A DNA stretch of 64,000 nt from Kudoa neothunni (Eukaryota; Animalia; Cnidaria). Below the pieces are notes generated by a model. The model did no database searches, was not told the DNA's origin, and saw nothing but the letters and a program-made list of their open reading frames with translations. Each line of letters starts with the position of its first letter. Positions within the stretch are counted from its first letter, which is position 1. Location of the stretch: NCBI GenBank assembly GCA_964304625.1, contig OZ199838.1:7396035-7460034 (forward strand). Reading direction: 5' to 3'. This document shows positions 25,001 to 39,245 of this stretch, piece by piece. The translations under genes and the position numbers were made by a program.

Positions 25001-27118
25001 TTATTTATTTATCAAGTATGAGGACTGAGCGTGAGAGTAAAGCAGTTAAAGAGTTTACAACCCAAAATGTTGAGAAATTAAATTCGGACATTAACGGACG
25101 ATATAAAACATTGTTACCTTCATATGCGTATAATATTATGCAGAATGAAATAAATAATTATATCGAACCCTATACCAATCCTGATCCCAATAGTTGTACA
25201 TGTTGTTTCTACGTAAGTATGGAGTTACCATGTAAACATATTATTTATGCTAAAAAAATAATGAACGTGAATTTATATGAAGAGAAAATTTGTAATAAGA
25301 GATGACAAAAAGAATATTACCTGTCATTTATTCAAATGACCGAAAATATAGATCTTCAAAATCCTTTGTGTTGTGTGCAACCAAGTATTACAGAAATTTC
25401 GAGTCAGTGCCCTGTCCCGAATTCTGCTTTTAAGCGATACAGGGAGCTAGAAATTCTTTGTAAGAAAATAGCTTCGCTAGGGTCTGAAAAAACAGGGAGT
25501 CAATATGATTCATTAAAAAAGATTTTAGGTGAATTAATCTCTCTTATTTCCAATGGGGATTCTCTGGATAAGGTGACTATTTTTTTCCACTATTCATATA
25601 TCAACTTAATTTAGTTCAAGTTAATGTCTGAATCTGTCATCATAAACAATCAAGAGATTTCAATCCCAACATGTAATTAATGATATTGTCTTTAGTAGAA
25701 TTTTTATTTCGTGTTTAGTTACTGAGGAATCACGATTAGAGAATGAGGATATACTAGAAGCAGTTAATGATAATGTGTTCCATCATCAATAATTGATATG
25801 GAGATCCCGAATATTGTAGATGATACCACAACTAAAAATCCATCTTTGAAGGGGTGTGTATCTTTTGTCCATTTTGCTAAATTCATAAAATTATAGGAAT
25901 TAAGCTGCCAACAGTAGTGAAATTGAGAGGTAGACCAAAAGGTGTATTTCAAACAGTTATTGGTTTAAGAAAAAAAAGAAAATTATAATTATGATAATAA
26001 TAAACACCAGTATCGATATATAGTATTCAAATATAGTTTTACGTGGATGTTAAACAGTCCCAATTATTTGGCGTTGCATTACAAGATAATTTCAAACATT
26101 TATTATTTAAAAGCAGTATACTCAACATTTTATTAAATTTTAGTAGTGTATCAATCATCTGTTAAAAATATTTACCTAGCTATAAAAATTTAAAATATGA
26201 ATTGGCCAAAGAGTTTTACTTTACTGTATTTTCATTTGGATATTATGGATACAAATTAGCTGTTAAAATCCCTCCCTGAATTAATGAGACTAAATTTACA
26301 TTCTGCATTTATAAAAAATATTTGTTAGAAAAAATTGTAGCGATTGAATAACGATTTTAAGAGAAAAAGCGCGTCCGGCAAATTAGACATTGCCATTTTT
26401 CAAACCAAAAACACCTTCACATTTTAGATTTAATCGTATTTTGATAATTAAATTTGTATATTTTTGAACTAATAAATATTTTTGTTACAAAGAAAGATTT
26501 TATTTATTTAAAAATTGGGAAATTATGTTAAAATAGTGAATACGTAAGTTATCACTCACAGATTATTAAAACCTCATTAATATCCTTTATAAAATTGCAA
26601 ACAAGGAGTAACATTTAATTTTTTCTATGACGCATCTAAGGTTGTTTTTATTTTTTTAAATATAGTTTGTAGACTAATATTACATTTAATAACCAGAAGG
26701 ATTACTTTTTATCGCAAAATTTTTAAAAGAACTGTAAGTCCTATTTAAGTTATTTAATAATTTTGTTTAATGAATAAATAAATTTTAATTGTAAATTAAA
26801 TCGCTAAAAAATTATGGTCATTATATTCTTGGTCAATAATTTGTAAAATAAACTTAAAAATACTCAATACTTTCTCTCAATACCTCGATTTATATTTGAA
26901 TTGAAAATATGAGCATATGTTTGTTTATCTAAATCATCACACTGAAAAAAATAATGTCAAGTTGTAAAATTCATAAATAAAAATGGAGAAATAAAATTTA
27001 CAGGGTTTGGCGTGCTAATTATATTAAATCTTCCCTATAATTTCCCCGTTCAAAAATAGAACTAAAAGTTAAAATTTTCCATCACATGGTACCAGGCAAA
27101 ACTGGGCATTAGCGATAG
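22074..27118 (+). mobile_element. non-autonomous Helitron-like element containing a MULE
   Basis: 5' A|TCTATCTAT(AT)n followed by TGTC repeats. 3' degenerate hairpin CCAGGCAAAACTGGG..ATAG|T. Pairing of the two ends is inferred. Confidence 0.45.
23306..26394 (+). mobile_element. MULE with ~115-bp TIRs and a disrupted, intron-containing SWIM transposase
   Basis: TIRs at about 23306-23420 and 26280-26394. TSD ttttttcaa/atttttcaa. Motifs MDATYKL, TDKD, TNNRLE, CTC..LPCKH. Confidence 0.9.
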
Positions 27119-28117
27119 TAAACTAATATATGATGTGAGCAGTCGTGTCGCGACCCAACAATACTTTGAGCGCTTGAAAAATAGATCGAACTTGTTACTG
27201 GTTAGCTGGAGGTTGTGAAGTTGATGAAGACGATTCAATTGACGATAATAATTAGAAAACGCGTTTAAAATAAAAAATGCTTGTTATTATAATAGTATTA
27301 TTGTGTTTTCTAAGAGTTAAAACTTGGGTATTTTCCGATAGTGCGCAATTTTTTTAAGTCACGGGGGGAATTACGTACTACCGATTACCTAATGTATTAT
27401 ACAAAATGCGTCTTGTTTGTTGATATGCACAACATTTTTTAAATCTTTAAATTAGACTTATGAAAGTGCTGATAGTTTTTCTAGTTTAAAAATGTTGTTG
27501 AATCAACTTTTTTACATCATTAAGTAGTTATAAATTCATTTTCATTAAATGTTATCCATTAAAAAGAATTCTCTTGTAATATTAAACGTTCTTTAGTTTT
27601 AATACGAAGAAACCCCCATATAAAATGCCGTTGAAATAATTAAGGAAAAAGCACTAAAAGGTAACTCTTTCAATTTTAAAAGACTAAATTTTATGATTAT
27701 AATCTCCTTTTTGCTGACAACAATACTCATAAAAGTGAATTTTATATCGAATGTTTGCTGTATAGAGATCAATGGTAAACTTTCTAATTTATCATAATGG
27801 AAATTATCAAAATAAAACTACAGTATTATTTGAAGTAATCAGACAAATTCAAGTGCATACTTTTTTTAATTTTATTACTTCTCCCTGCATTAAAATATTA
27901 ATAATAAAAATAATAGGTTAACTAGTTGCAGAAAAACGCGTAAATAGATTAATTGGATAATTTCCTCAAGATTTTTCTGAAATTTATGTTGTAATATGCT
28001 GTAGAAAATTTCGATTTTCATATAATAAAAGCTGTTCGCAAATGCCCGACGATAAGTACCGTAAATCCTCGTGTATAAGCCGCACCTGTGAACCTAGAAT
28101 TTTGTTTAGGCAATGGC

Positions 28118-31100
28118 GGCTATTACTAGGGTTCCGTTTAATCCGCATCGGGGGGTGTCTATCGCTACGGGAGGGAATAACTCTAAATCTACGAACTCAC
28201 ATAAAATTTGAAATTTTTACTTGTAATCGATGATTTTTGGCCTAACATAATTAACTGTTTTGAAGAAAATTTGAGCTATTGAAATTTCTAATATTGTGAC
28301 TATAAATTTCGTGTTTTACGTTTCGTTATGAGTAATGTTAAATAAATATTTTGATTTTTTACTAATAAAGGATTCTTTAATTAAAAAAAGAAAACACCAG
28401 ACGTTGTGTTTTATATATAAAACGTCTACCCTATTACCTCTGGTTGTACCTAATATGTTTGATCTGGCGCAGCTAATGTAATCAGATAAAATATGCTTAA
28501 CTAGGTTTTTATAAAATTTTTAATTATATTTGTTATATATATATGGTTGATTTATAGATTATATTTATATGTATTATTACATATCTACAAAGTATATTAA
28601 GTATTACCGCTATTCATAGAAAACGATCAGAGCATTCTATGTAGTGAATTAAGTAAATATATTTAAAGTAATGCTTAATTTTATAGTTAAAATCAACATA
28701 AAAGCTTACTGTGTGCCTTTAAATGGCGGTGAGCATAATTCTATCTCCTTAAATGTTATTGTTACAAATATAGATAAATTATTAGTTTTAATAACATAAA
28801 AATTTAAAAAAACTTAAATTTTACGGTAATGCGTTGTCTGAAATTAATGTCCACAATAGAAGGAAACGCGTTTTGTATTCTGGATTACAGTAACCTGTGT
28901 GGGAATCAAAGTATTCATTGTAGCATCATTTGTACGATGGAATCCTCTCCTGGATTGAAAGTTGACTTATATAACTCATTAAAAAGTCATATTAATCGTT
29001 ATGAACATTTTTTTTCCTACAAATTAAAAATGAGGGAATAGCGAACAACAAAATTCCCAATATAAAATTCTAAAATATTTTAATAAATCATTAATTTACC
29101 ACAAAATAACGTTCGTATTCTTTTCGACTCTCCATAAAAAAGAACGCTTAAAAATAACAAAAATCGTCAACATATAGAGGTAACTGTCTCTCTAGCATTA
29201 CTTTTTGAGTTAGTAACGATATGGAAAATTTTTCATAATCATATTTTTAAATGAGATACACAATCGTCTTTGTAACGCTTCGATATACAAATTTCTACCT
29301 CATCAACAAAAAGTCGATTTCTCAGATAATCATCTTTTTGAATTAATATCGCTTGGATCTAATAAAAATCGTATACAAAAAATGTTGATATGAAACGAGT
29401 AAAAATATCACAGTGAAATCCCCACACAATGTGAAAACAAGAGGAATAACCAACATGTATGTATTCACGACTATCAGTATGTCAACTCACAAGTTTAATT
29501 GTGATGTTAAAACTAAAAAGAAAACAATGTTATTACTTGATCATTTTTGGTTGATAATCTAATGCGACTTATTCTACAATTTCGTTGAAAATTTGTGTTA
29601 ACGAAAGCAATACATAAACTTTCGAACTCGCGGTGATTGTAAAACCAAATATTATAGATAAATTCCACAATTGGTATTCATATTAGTGCACCCTTGTATT
29701 TAACTGTTGCTAACGAGCCCATTTGAGAATTTCGCATAATTTATGCATGCATTTTTCATGAAAAAATTCATGCAGGCATTTATGGCTCCTTGACATAAAT
29801 TTTAAAATGCTTCTCTATTTTAACCCATATAGACTCGGTACCCTTTGTCCTCAAGTTACAGAGCTATAATTTTGTATATACTCTCAAAATACATTTGTGA
29901 ATTATATATTTTAAAATAAAAAAAATATCTTTGTTTAACATACTCTTTAATATGCTGCGTTAACGCAACATATAATCTACAGCGACCATAGGGATTAATG
30001 GATTAAATTTATTTATAATCGTATACATAACTTTTTTTTGAAAAAAACAAGCATGAAAATAATAAAATAATTGAGTGTAAGGTACCAGTTAATGAAGTTT
30101 GTTGAAACAAGTAGGGTGACATGGCAAACAGCAACCACGACAAACAAACACAGAATTGGACCTGCAAATTTTGCATCTTGCTCTTTTTTCATCCGTACGT
30201 CGCTCAATAGTTTTATCGCTACATAAATTGCGTGTAAATTGGAAAGATACTGAGGATATGCGTTTTCTTGTTGTATCGAATTTGACAGTTAAAAGTTTTG
30301 ACACAAGCGTTCTTCGAAACATAAGGGAATCCCCAGTATCAGGATGGAGCAATTTAAATATTTGGTGTGAATTGGAAACTGCCATATCGATATAATTGCA
30401 AAATATATTCAAATACCACTTTTTCCAGCTATTGAAATTCTGTAGGTGGCAATAGCTGAATCGAGGGAATCAACGCCACCCATATAACGGTTATAGCTGG
30501 CAACAACGTTTGGCATTGGAATATACACATCTCTTTTATTACCCTTAGAATACCTTCTGGCATTCTTTATTGGTTCAATTTGATCAAAATTTGTCCCTAT
30601 AATAACTGGCCTGGTATCATTCCATTTAACCAGCATCACTTTGTTGGCATTGTATGATTCAAAAAAACCACGATTTTCTTTTTTGAAAACGGTATCGCAT
30701 GTAAATGGACACTTCAGGGTCCTATTTTGTCGAACCGTTCCGGTGGCTTTTACGTTTAAAGAAGACAAGTAGTTTAAAAGTCCCACTGAAGTGAATAAAT
30801 TGTCGAAATAAAACTCGTGGAGTCTAGGATATTCGACCAATTTCACAAAGTTTTTTACGACACTACCACCTAATCCTAATTTCTTATCTATGTTTGTTCC
30901 TTTTCCTCAATAAATGTCTGTGGAGAAGACATAGCCATCGTACGAACAAAGACACCAACATTTAAAGCCAAATTTGATTGGTTTACCTTTTATATACATT
31001 TTTGCGGAATGATGTCCAAAATAAGGTATCATTTGTTCGTCGATGGAAAGACATCTCGAAAAGTAACCGAATCGTTGAAAGTTTTTGTTCAAGATGTTCA

Positions 31101-33082
31101 TATAATTTCTAACCTTAAAAAAGCGATCATTTTTATATGCATCATCAGAAAGTAAATTATTGTTGCATAAGTGAATATATTTTTTTATTTGTGTGAATCT
31201 TTTGTAGGACATACAATTCTTTACTGCTTCAACACCGCAATCCATACCTTCTTCCCAATACATTCGTTGTCTTGGAAGACGGTTATAACCACTCAATATC
31301 AAAATTCCAATAAAATTCATCAATTCATTTTTTTCAATGTCAAAATCAATCTCGTTATTTTGACCGGCATATGTGACACTTTCTTTAATAATCAAATTTA
31401 AGACATTGGAGTCAAAGAACAATTCAAAAATCTCGCGTTCATCCATTGCAACAATCGTGGGTTCAAATTTATCCAAGTAAAAGTCACAACCATCTAATAA
31501 AATACTTAAGATCATGTATAAAAACCCTTTCGTTTATACCTTCCAGAGAAATATCTGGATCCCTATTGGATACAGATCTGTTTGAGTAATCATTAAGCTC
31601 CCAACAGAATAATTCGTCTTCAATATCGTCAAAATCTTTATCAATTACTTCCACTTGACATGATATTTCTTTATTGAGTTGATTATCGCTGAAAGTATTC
31701 GTGTCTTCGTCATTTATATTTTCGTTATCAGTTACAACATCAACCCTTTATGGAGGAATAATAACTATATCGATCAGATTTTCATCCGCATTTTCTTCGA
31801 TTTCATTTATTACGTCAAGGTATAGATTATAGCGCTTGTTCTCCATTTTATGACAAAATTGCCGCCGTAGATTATAGGTTGCGTTTGCACAACAAAAATT
31901 GATCCTTATATTAAACGTTGAAGGAAACTTTTTAGATCGCTTCTTTCATTTTAAGGACAATTATCATATCATGATCTAATTATTTTTAAATTATTGGCAT
32001 CATTGAGTTTAACGTTATGAAATAAACGGAAGAATATGAAAACCCTTCAATGATGACCTTTCGCACATTTAATTATAGTCACATTTTAAATTGCAGAAGT
32101 TATTTTTTTCTATAAAATAAAAATTTATGTATTCTAAATAATTAAATAAATTTTGTGTCATCGTACCCACTAACATATGAGAAAAATAACAACAAAGTTT
32201 TGTTGCGTTATCGCAACATATAGTCTATACGGGTTAAATGAAAAATTATGTATTGTTGTTACGGTTGAGAACATAAAGTAAGGGAATTTTTGAGAATTGT
32301 TTCTTCAAATACACATTTTTTACCTGTAAACTTTGTGTCATACAAATATTTCAAAGAAGTTAGTCCAAAATAATACGAAATAACAACTGATACTTGAAAT
32401 AAAATAATTAAAATGTTACCAAATATTAGTTCGGGCTATAATTCCCTTTGAGAGTGAAAGCAATCGGATGACCTAAAGAACGAAGGCCAACAGTCATTTC
32501 TTTCTCTAGAATAAAAACATATGAAAAAATAATATACTAACTATTTAAATTACTGTCTATTAAAAAAAAGTTTTATTTGGGCACAAAAATTGTATCATAA
32601 TTAGTCCAATACAATATTTCTAACCCATGCGCTTAGTACTTTTCGTAAACTAATAATTTACTACCTAACTGTTTTAAATTTTCAAATTATATAAATATAC
32701 CGCCCATCTAAAATAAGTGAGCAGTTGCCACAAAATTAAAAACGTTTCTTGACACACGCTCATATTAAAAGAGGCCAAAATAGTTTATTTCATTTGAGTA
32801 TTCTCCATATTAAGTAATTTTACGCGCACAATTTTGCACATCAATTTTATTAAACGTTCAAAAGGTGAATTAAAGCTATTTTTAACCAAAAATTCATTAC
32901 AATAATATTGTGTTTTTCAATAGCTCAAATTTTCTCCAAAACAGTTAATTATGTTGGACCAAAAATCATTGGTTACAAATATAAATTTCAAATTTTATGT
33001 GAGTTTATAGATTTGGAGCTATTCCCTCCCGTAGCAATAGACATCCCCCGCATGTGAATTAAACGGATCCATAGCAATAGCC
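28118..33082. mobile_element. unclassified non-autonomous TIR element with ~175-bp TIRs beginning GGCTATT
   Basis: 28118-28290 is the reverse complement of about 32910-33082, with scattered mismatches. No clear TSD. Confidence 0.75.
29824..32233 (-). mobile_element. piggyBac (PGBD2/3-like) with frameshifted transposase
   Basis: TTAA-CCCATATAGACT ... AGTCTATACGGG-TTAA. Motifs DEQMIPYFG, KPIKFGFK, FDNLFT, MGGVD and a Cys-rich tail. Confidence 0.93.
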
Positions 33083-33799
33083 AGTGTCTTTTGTGTTTGT
33101 AAGTTTGGGGTGCGGCTTATACACGCAGTCTAAAAATTATATTTATAAACTTGTCACTATGTTTGGAGGTTAACGTACTTTTTAGAAGGCGCAAATGCTA
33201 CAAATAATTTATTCAACAGTAAGACACTAGGAAATATCCAGAATTTGTACTCAAATAATGAGGTAATTAGCTTTGGTCACTGTTATGCGACATCTCTAAC
33301 ACTTGATTCCATTCGCGAACTTGTTTTTCATTTATGCCAAAAACAACAACAGCATTTCGGTTGGTAGTTTCCAAGGCCACATTCACAACTTTCAATTTAA
33401 ACGTGGAGTCGTATTTTGTCCTTCTCGATGACATAATTTAAAAATGTGCTTGAAGATTCTTTATGTGCCAAATATAATTTACTATAGGCTTAACATTTTC
33501 TCTGCAAAGTTGGGATCACTCTTTGGTGGATTGCAACTCCATCAGTCAACCCCTGCGTGTGACGACACACAGACGGTAGACCTAGCGAATGACTTGTGAC
33601 TAGGTTAAATTAAATGTGTTAAATGAATGAAAGAATGTATTGGGATGCGGCTTGCTTATACGCGAGGATTTACGGTAATATAAAGGTCATTATGAATGCT
33701 ACATAGGTATTCATGGCTTCTAAGTTAAATATTTTGATTTTCGAGCCTAAATTTAATGCGTGGCTCCGGAATTAGAAAAATTTTTCCCGCCATCAATAA

Positions 33800-33834
33800 T
33801 TGGCTCTTTCGGCCATAACGGTTGCCGACCCCTG
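33800..33834. mobile_element. hAT terminus
   Basis: ...GGTTGCCGACCCCTG end (reverse complement CAGGGGTCGGCAACC). Confidence 0.45.
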
Positions 33835-33942
33835 GATTATAGAATACTGTAATTATATGCACCGTGAAAAAAAAAGCGTATGATGTATTATAAATTGTCG
33901 AAAATAAAATTTTTGTTGTATCAACAACACATGTTTATTAAA

Positions 33943-35074
33943 TTAATGCCACTCCGTTGAAGGAGCCACTTCGCTGGATAGATGAGCGAAAACGAATTGT
34001 GTCGAACCGACTGATTGTTGATGTTCGTTTTTTCCCTGTGTTGAATTGATTCCAAAAAACTTTAACATTATTATTGTTCTCATTTTCGATATCCATGCGA
34101 TAAAGTTCCCCCTAAAAATAGGATTCATTATATTTTGAAAAAAACCGACCAAATCATACTTCCATTTTGGTGACTATTAAAAATTTATTCTCGTGGTATA
34201 TTGCCGTGAGTCGATTTTCCGGGTGAGTCCTAACAAAGTCTTCGATTGAACTGTGGGAAAACGACACGGTTCCAACAAGCTTGGTCCAATCTCGTAGGAA
34301 TTTGCCATTGATTGTTATTTGGTCGGATGGCTTTTGAAGCCAAGATGATATCAAATTCAACAGGGTGGTATCACTTTGAACCTGTATGATCTCAAATTGA
34401 AGCGGTACTTCATCTTCTGGAATGTAGTACAATTCCACTGAAAAGGTTTCAAACAAATCAATGAATTGTTTCAAATAATAGTTGATATTCGGCGGTGTCC
34501 TATATATTTAAATATAGTTCAATACATATACCATAATATAATATCTAGTCGCTTTACTGATTCAATATAAATTATTTAAAATAGAAAACTTAATCTAATA
34601 AATATTTTTTATTTAGTTTAAAATAAATCCACCATTAACGACAATAATGAACCCAATGTTATTTCTCACTTTATTGTTGTATCTGGATTATCACGTAAAT
34701 ACACACTATTGTAGAGAGAGTGTATAGCATTGATTTGACGTTCATTGCTCATAGTGTCACATTTTTTTCCCTATTTGATCTCATAATCTAATCACATATT
34801 TTAAGTATATTACATTGATTTTCGGCGGGGTAGATTTGAAAAGGGTCTCCAATAAAAATTTTTGTATTCGATCCCATTTGACAGATTCACACGTTGTGGG
34901 TCCATTTTTTAAGTTATCCAACCTGAAGGTACCATTTATTGATAATATATTGCATAACGCGAGTAATGGAATTTCTGAATGAAAATTGTTGCAATATAAA
35001 ATTGTGGTTGAGGTTTTATTTAGGTTAGGCCCGTGACAGAACTTTGTGTCACAAAGAAATAGCTTATCATCCAT
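33943..35074 (-). pseudogene. intron-containing host-type gene of unknown family, apparently disrupted
   Basis: The ORFs join across short GT-AG introns (e.g. ..KIN|GKKC.., ..LW|TPPNINYYLKQF). One frameshift near 34670 and in-frame stops remain. Confidence 0.45.
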
Positions 35075-36136
35075 TTTTGTGAAATTTTCTGGATTTGCAG
35101 TTTTTATTCAAATGAGAAATTGTTACTCAAAATTGAATGTTTTTATTTGATGTTTATTGACCCAACCCACCAAGCGTTAACTAATCTTAGGATTATGATT
35201 ATTTAAACAGTTAAAATTAATTATCGTAATTATCTCTGCTTAAATTTAGCTTCTATTAAAAATATCGAAAAATAATTAGAACGCGATGGTTGCAGCACTA
35301 ATATTCTGGGATGTGCTGAGTTAACATTTCCTTTGTATACCAATAATAATAATGAGAAGAGTAACCAAGCATGGCAACTCAAACTATAATTGTATGTTAC
35401 TGCTATAGTGATAATGCGATTAGATTACGTCTTTTATAATTAATGTTAAAATTAGAACAGCTGCTATTAAGGAGAATTTTAATTAAACTGTTTGAATTCG
35501 TTAAAAAATTCGGTGATAATCATCCCTAACAATATCAACTGTTATAGTTCGTTTTACCTCTATAGTGTAAGATTTCATATGACTGTACATATATTTTTTA
35601 GTTCGACGAATTGGATATTGTTTGCAACAATGTGATTTATAGTTTTAGCGATAGAATCATTCCAAAACTGTGTACGTTCAACAGGTGAAGCGTAAAATCA
35701 TTGAAACACTTAATATAAATATCTGTTAAAGGGAGCATCATTAATGCTCTATGATCTTGTTTACTAACTGTGAGGCCCCAATCCCCAATGACGATTAACA
35801 CGTACTAATCAGCATCGATTCTAACAGCACAAATACCTTGCAACAGTATGTGCCACGTTATTTAAATATTTCATGACCTAATGAGAAGCTAAAATTATAA
35901 CTCAATAAGTGATATTCTTGTCTTTTAAAATATGCGCGCGTTGTAATTGTATTTAAGCGATAACGTGATCGTTGGTTTAACGATTCATAACGTATTTTGA
36001 TACATAATATGTTATGCAGACCACCTTCAAATCAAATTCTGCTGTAGCTTTCATGTGATATTGCGAAGGTGTATGAGCTTTTATTCTATTGCGCGTGCAC
36101 GACACCCTCCTAAAGAACGTGGGATACTTACTAGAG

Positions 36137-36160
36137 CAGTGTTTCCCAACCTGGGGTCAT
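36137..36160. mobile_element. hAT (Buster-like) left terminus
   Basis: CAGTGTTTCCCAACCTGGGGTC preceded by ctagag. Confidence 0.45.
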
Positions 36161-37257
36161 GGAAATTTTTTTGACTAATTTGGACAGCACAGGAAAACGC
36201 TGAACCAAGCCGTATAGGATACCCTCAAGATAGAAAATATTATTTTAACTTTTGGGCATGATTTATATTGATTTAATAAAAATATTATATTGAATTGAGC
36301 CAAATATTTTTGTTATATGCGTGGTACAACACATTTCAAGATGGAAAACAGTAAAAACTGAACTCATTATGCGACCTGAAGTAATCAACTTGTGTTCCGA
36401 TCAGGCAATACTCACCCTTTCGTTCGTTTGTTTTTGTTGTTCGCAAAAAGTTCTTTAACTTGAAAATCTGATACAGATGAGAGTTACTTTTTCTATTTTT
36501 AATTATTTAATACTTGAATAAGATTATTCATAAGATATTTAAGTGAAACGAGTATGTTTAAAAGTACACTTTATATTTGAATTTGCTATTAAAACTTGAA
36601 GTTATTTTCTAATACTTCAGTTCACTCCCCGATTTAACAACCCAAATCTAGACATTGAATGCATTATTCATCCGGAATTCTCATATAGAAAGAATTTTAT
36701 TAAATAATACTATTATTTCATATGAAACCAAAGATTTTTATTATACAAAATAATGTGTTTGTAGACATTTCATGAAAATATAATCTATACATACTAACTA
36801 TATTTTTTTACTATCCTTATATGTCAGTCATATTATTTATAATTGACGAAATAAATTTTTTAAATAGTTTATTTAACAAACCAGAAAATTAATATAAAAA
36901 TAAATTTAATTAATAAAACATACAACAAAAAGACATTTTATTATGACATCAAAATCTAATAAAGTAGTAAAATATATCTTTTTAATTAAAACAAGCTGTC
37001 AATTAATGATTTTAACTAACTTAGAATTACACATAAATTTTTACTCGTATGTTTAAACATATTTTTGGTCTTGCGTAACGTATTTAACCTTCTAAGTAGT
37101 TTAAAAATTTACACCCTCCAAATAAAAATGGGGTAGAAATCTACCCCATTTTTTAATTTGATAAAATTATCTCAAATAAAATTCAGCATTGACTGACAAA
37201 ATATGAGGAAAATTCCTCGAGAAAATTTTGAATAAATGACCGATTATTAAAGTTATA

Positions 37258-37515
37258 CTAGCGCGAACTGTCCAGCGTTGCTTGGGGAAGATTTCGCCTA
37301 GAGGCATTTTTTAATAGCATTCAAAAAATATATTGAAATCTCGAATTAACCCATAGAAACAAAATAACTCAAAATTTTTAAGCAACTTATTATAACGATT
37401 GGGGTTATGCAATTTAAATTATGATAATTTCTGTGAAGATAAGTATCAATCCTTGCGTCCATTTAAAAATTTCGTGGCTCGGCCCCAACGCTAAACAAGT
37501 AAGTTAAAGTCAGCT
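37258..37515 (-). mobile_element. Helitron-like 3' end, same family as 55689-56065
   Basis: About 115 bp nearly identical to 55689-55800. Minus strand has hairpin CCCAAGCAACGCTGG and CTAG|T end. Confidence 0.7.
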
Positions 37516-37879
37516 TTATATTTTTTTCATTCCGAATTATTTAAATCCCGTTAAAGTGTTATCTAAAACGTTATTTTTTGGTCCGGAGGATTTTTAAAAG
37601 TCGAATTCTGGCCCGGCTCGGTAACTGTGTGCACCACTAACATTTTAAGAGATAAAGAAATAGAAAAAATAAAAGAGATAGAAGAAAACTTATGAAAATT
37701 AATCAATATTGCTAAAATTAGCATCGTTTAGCTCGGCATAAACATACATGCGCTTTTATCATAAACAGCCACAAATCGCGTCGACTTCAACAAAAACAAT
37801 TTAAATAATTTGGTAAAATAAAAGTACAACCATCTGCATTGAATTTAATCACGTAAAGTAAAACTTAGCGGACGATTTA

Positions 37880-38851
37880 GAAGACAAGATTATCAACTTT
37901 CATGTGTTATAGATATGAGGAAAAGGACAAATTATGATCTTAGTCGAATTGGAAAAATGGACGAAACTCCCATGTTTTTGATGCTCCTGGTAACCGGACA
38001 GTTGACAATATAGGAATCAAAACCGTGACCGTTAGAACAACTTGTCGCGAAAAAACATTTTACTGTCGTTTTAACCTGTATGGTGGATGGAACTAAATTG
38101 CATCCAATGATAATTTTTTAATAGAAAACGTTTCCAAAAGAAAAATTCCCCCTTGGAGTCGTTATTCGTGTTCACGAGAAAGTATGGTCTCGTCGCCCAG
38201 GTGGTAATTTGGATACAAAACCAAGCCTGTTAGATTGGGATATGTTCCGAGCTCATCTCGTTGATGATGTCAAACAACGTGTCAAAAATGACTATAAAAC
38301 AGATGCTGCTGTTATTCCTTCGGGCTTAACCTCAATATTACAACCTTTAGATGTTTCTTTAAATTTTCCGCTCAATTGTAAAGTACACGATCAATGGATC
38401 AAGTGGATGTCAGACGGATTAGCGGAAAAGACAGCTTCAAAAAATTTCAAGAGACCTGCATTAGCGTTGGTAGCTAAATGGGTAAAAGATTCTTGGCTTT
38501 CCATAGACATAAGTATAATTCAAAAATCGTTAATAAAATGTGGTATTTCTAATGCGATGGATGGAACTGAAGAAGCTATACTCTGAGAAGACGACGAAGT
38601 ACGCAGTAATACGGAAGAAGAGATGTACAAGATTTACGACGATACTTTGAAATCAGAACAAAGTGCACGCCTCTTTGATGAGGATGAGTTTTCGTCAACT
38701 AAGGATGATGATGATGACGATGAATATTAATAGTCTGCTAATTTCTTTGAAATAATCAGATTTTAGTGAAAATATATTTTGTAAATTGCTAGAAGTTTAA
38801 GCATTAAGAAATTTTTGGTGTATGACTGCGACTTTACTCGAGTATATACGG
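37880..38851 (+). pseudogene. pogo (DDE_1) transposase remnant with right TIR
   Basis: Motifs MDETP, DMFRAH, TSILQPLDV, KCGISNAMDG. Ends CTCGAGTATATACGG-TA. Confidence 0.85.
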
Positions 38852-39245
38852 TATATATTATAAAACAAAGTCACCACATAATTAATTTGTATTAGAAATA
38901 TTTTAATAAAATTTCTATGAAAGAGAAAAAAAATGCTTTAAATATTAGAGAAATCATTTTCGTAATATTCAAGCTGTTCTAGAAAATATTCATTACGGTA
39001 AAAATAGCCAAAGCCTTATTTTTGCTTGGTCGACGAAAGAATTATTATCGAAAGATTAATCTAAGGTTTAAAACGTTTAGACACTGCATGAAGTGCTCGA
39101 GTTTTTATCAGTTAAGGTAGGAACAGAAATCGTAAAGAGGTGATATAGAATTAATATTTGTCTCCTAATCTCATACAACTGGTTTAATCATGTTGAACGT
39201 ATGTGTAAAAGGAAGCTTTGAGAGCATTAAAACATTGTGATCCAT

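Larger units (their letters stand above)
28059..33675 (-). mobile_element. pogo-like element, internally deleted, with nested inserts
   Basis: TA-CCGTAAATCCTCG ... CGAGGATTTACGG-TA. Minus strand from 33434 reads MSSRRTKYDSTFKLKVV..INEKQVREW, a POGK/Brinker-type DNA-binding domain. Confidence 0.8.
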
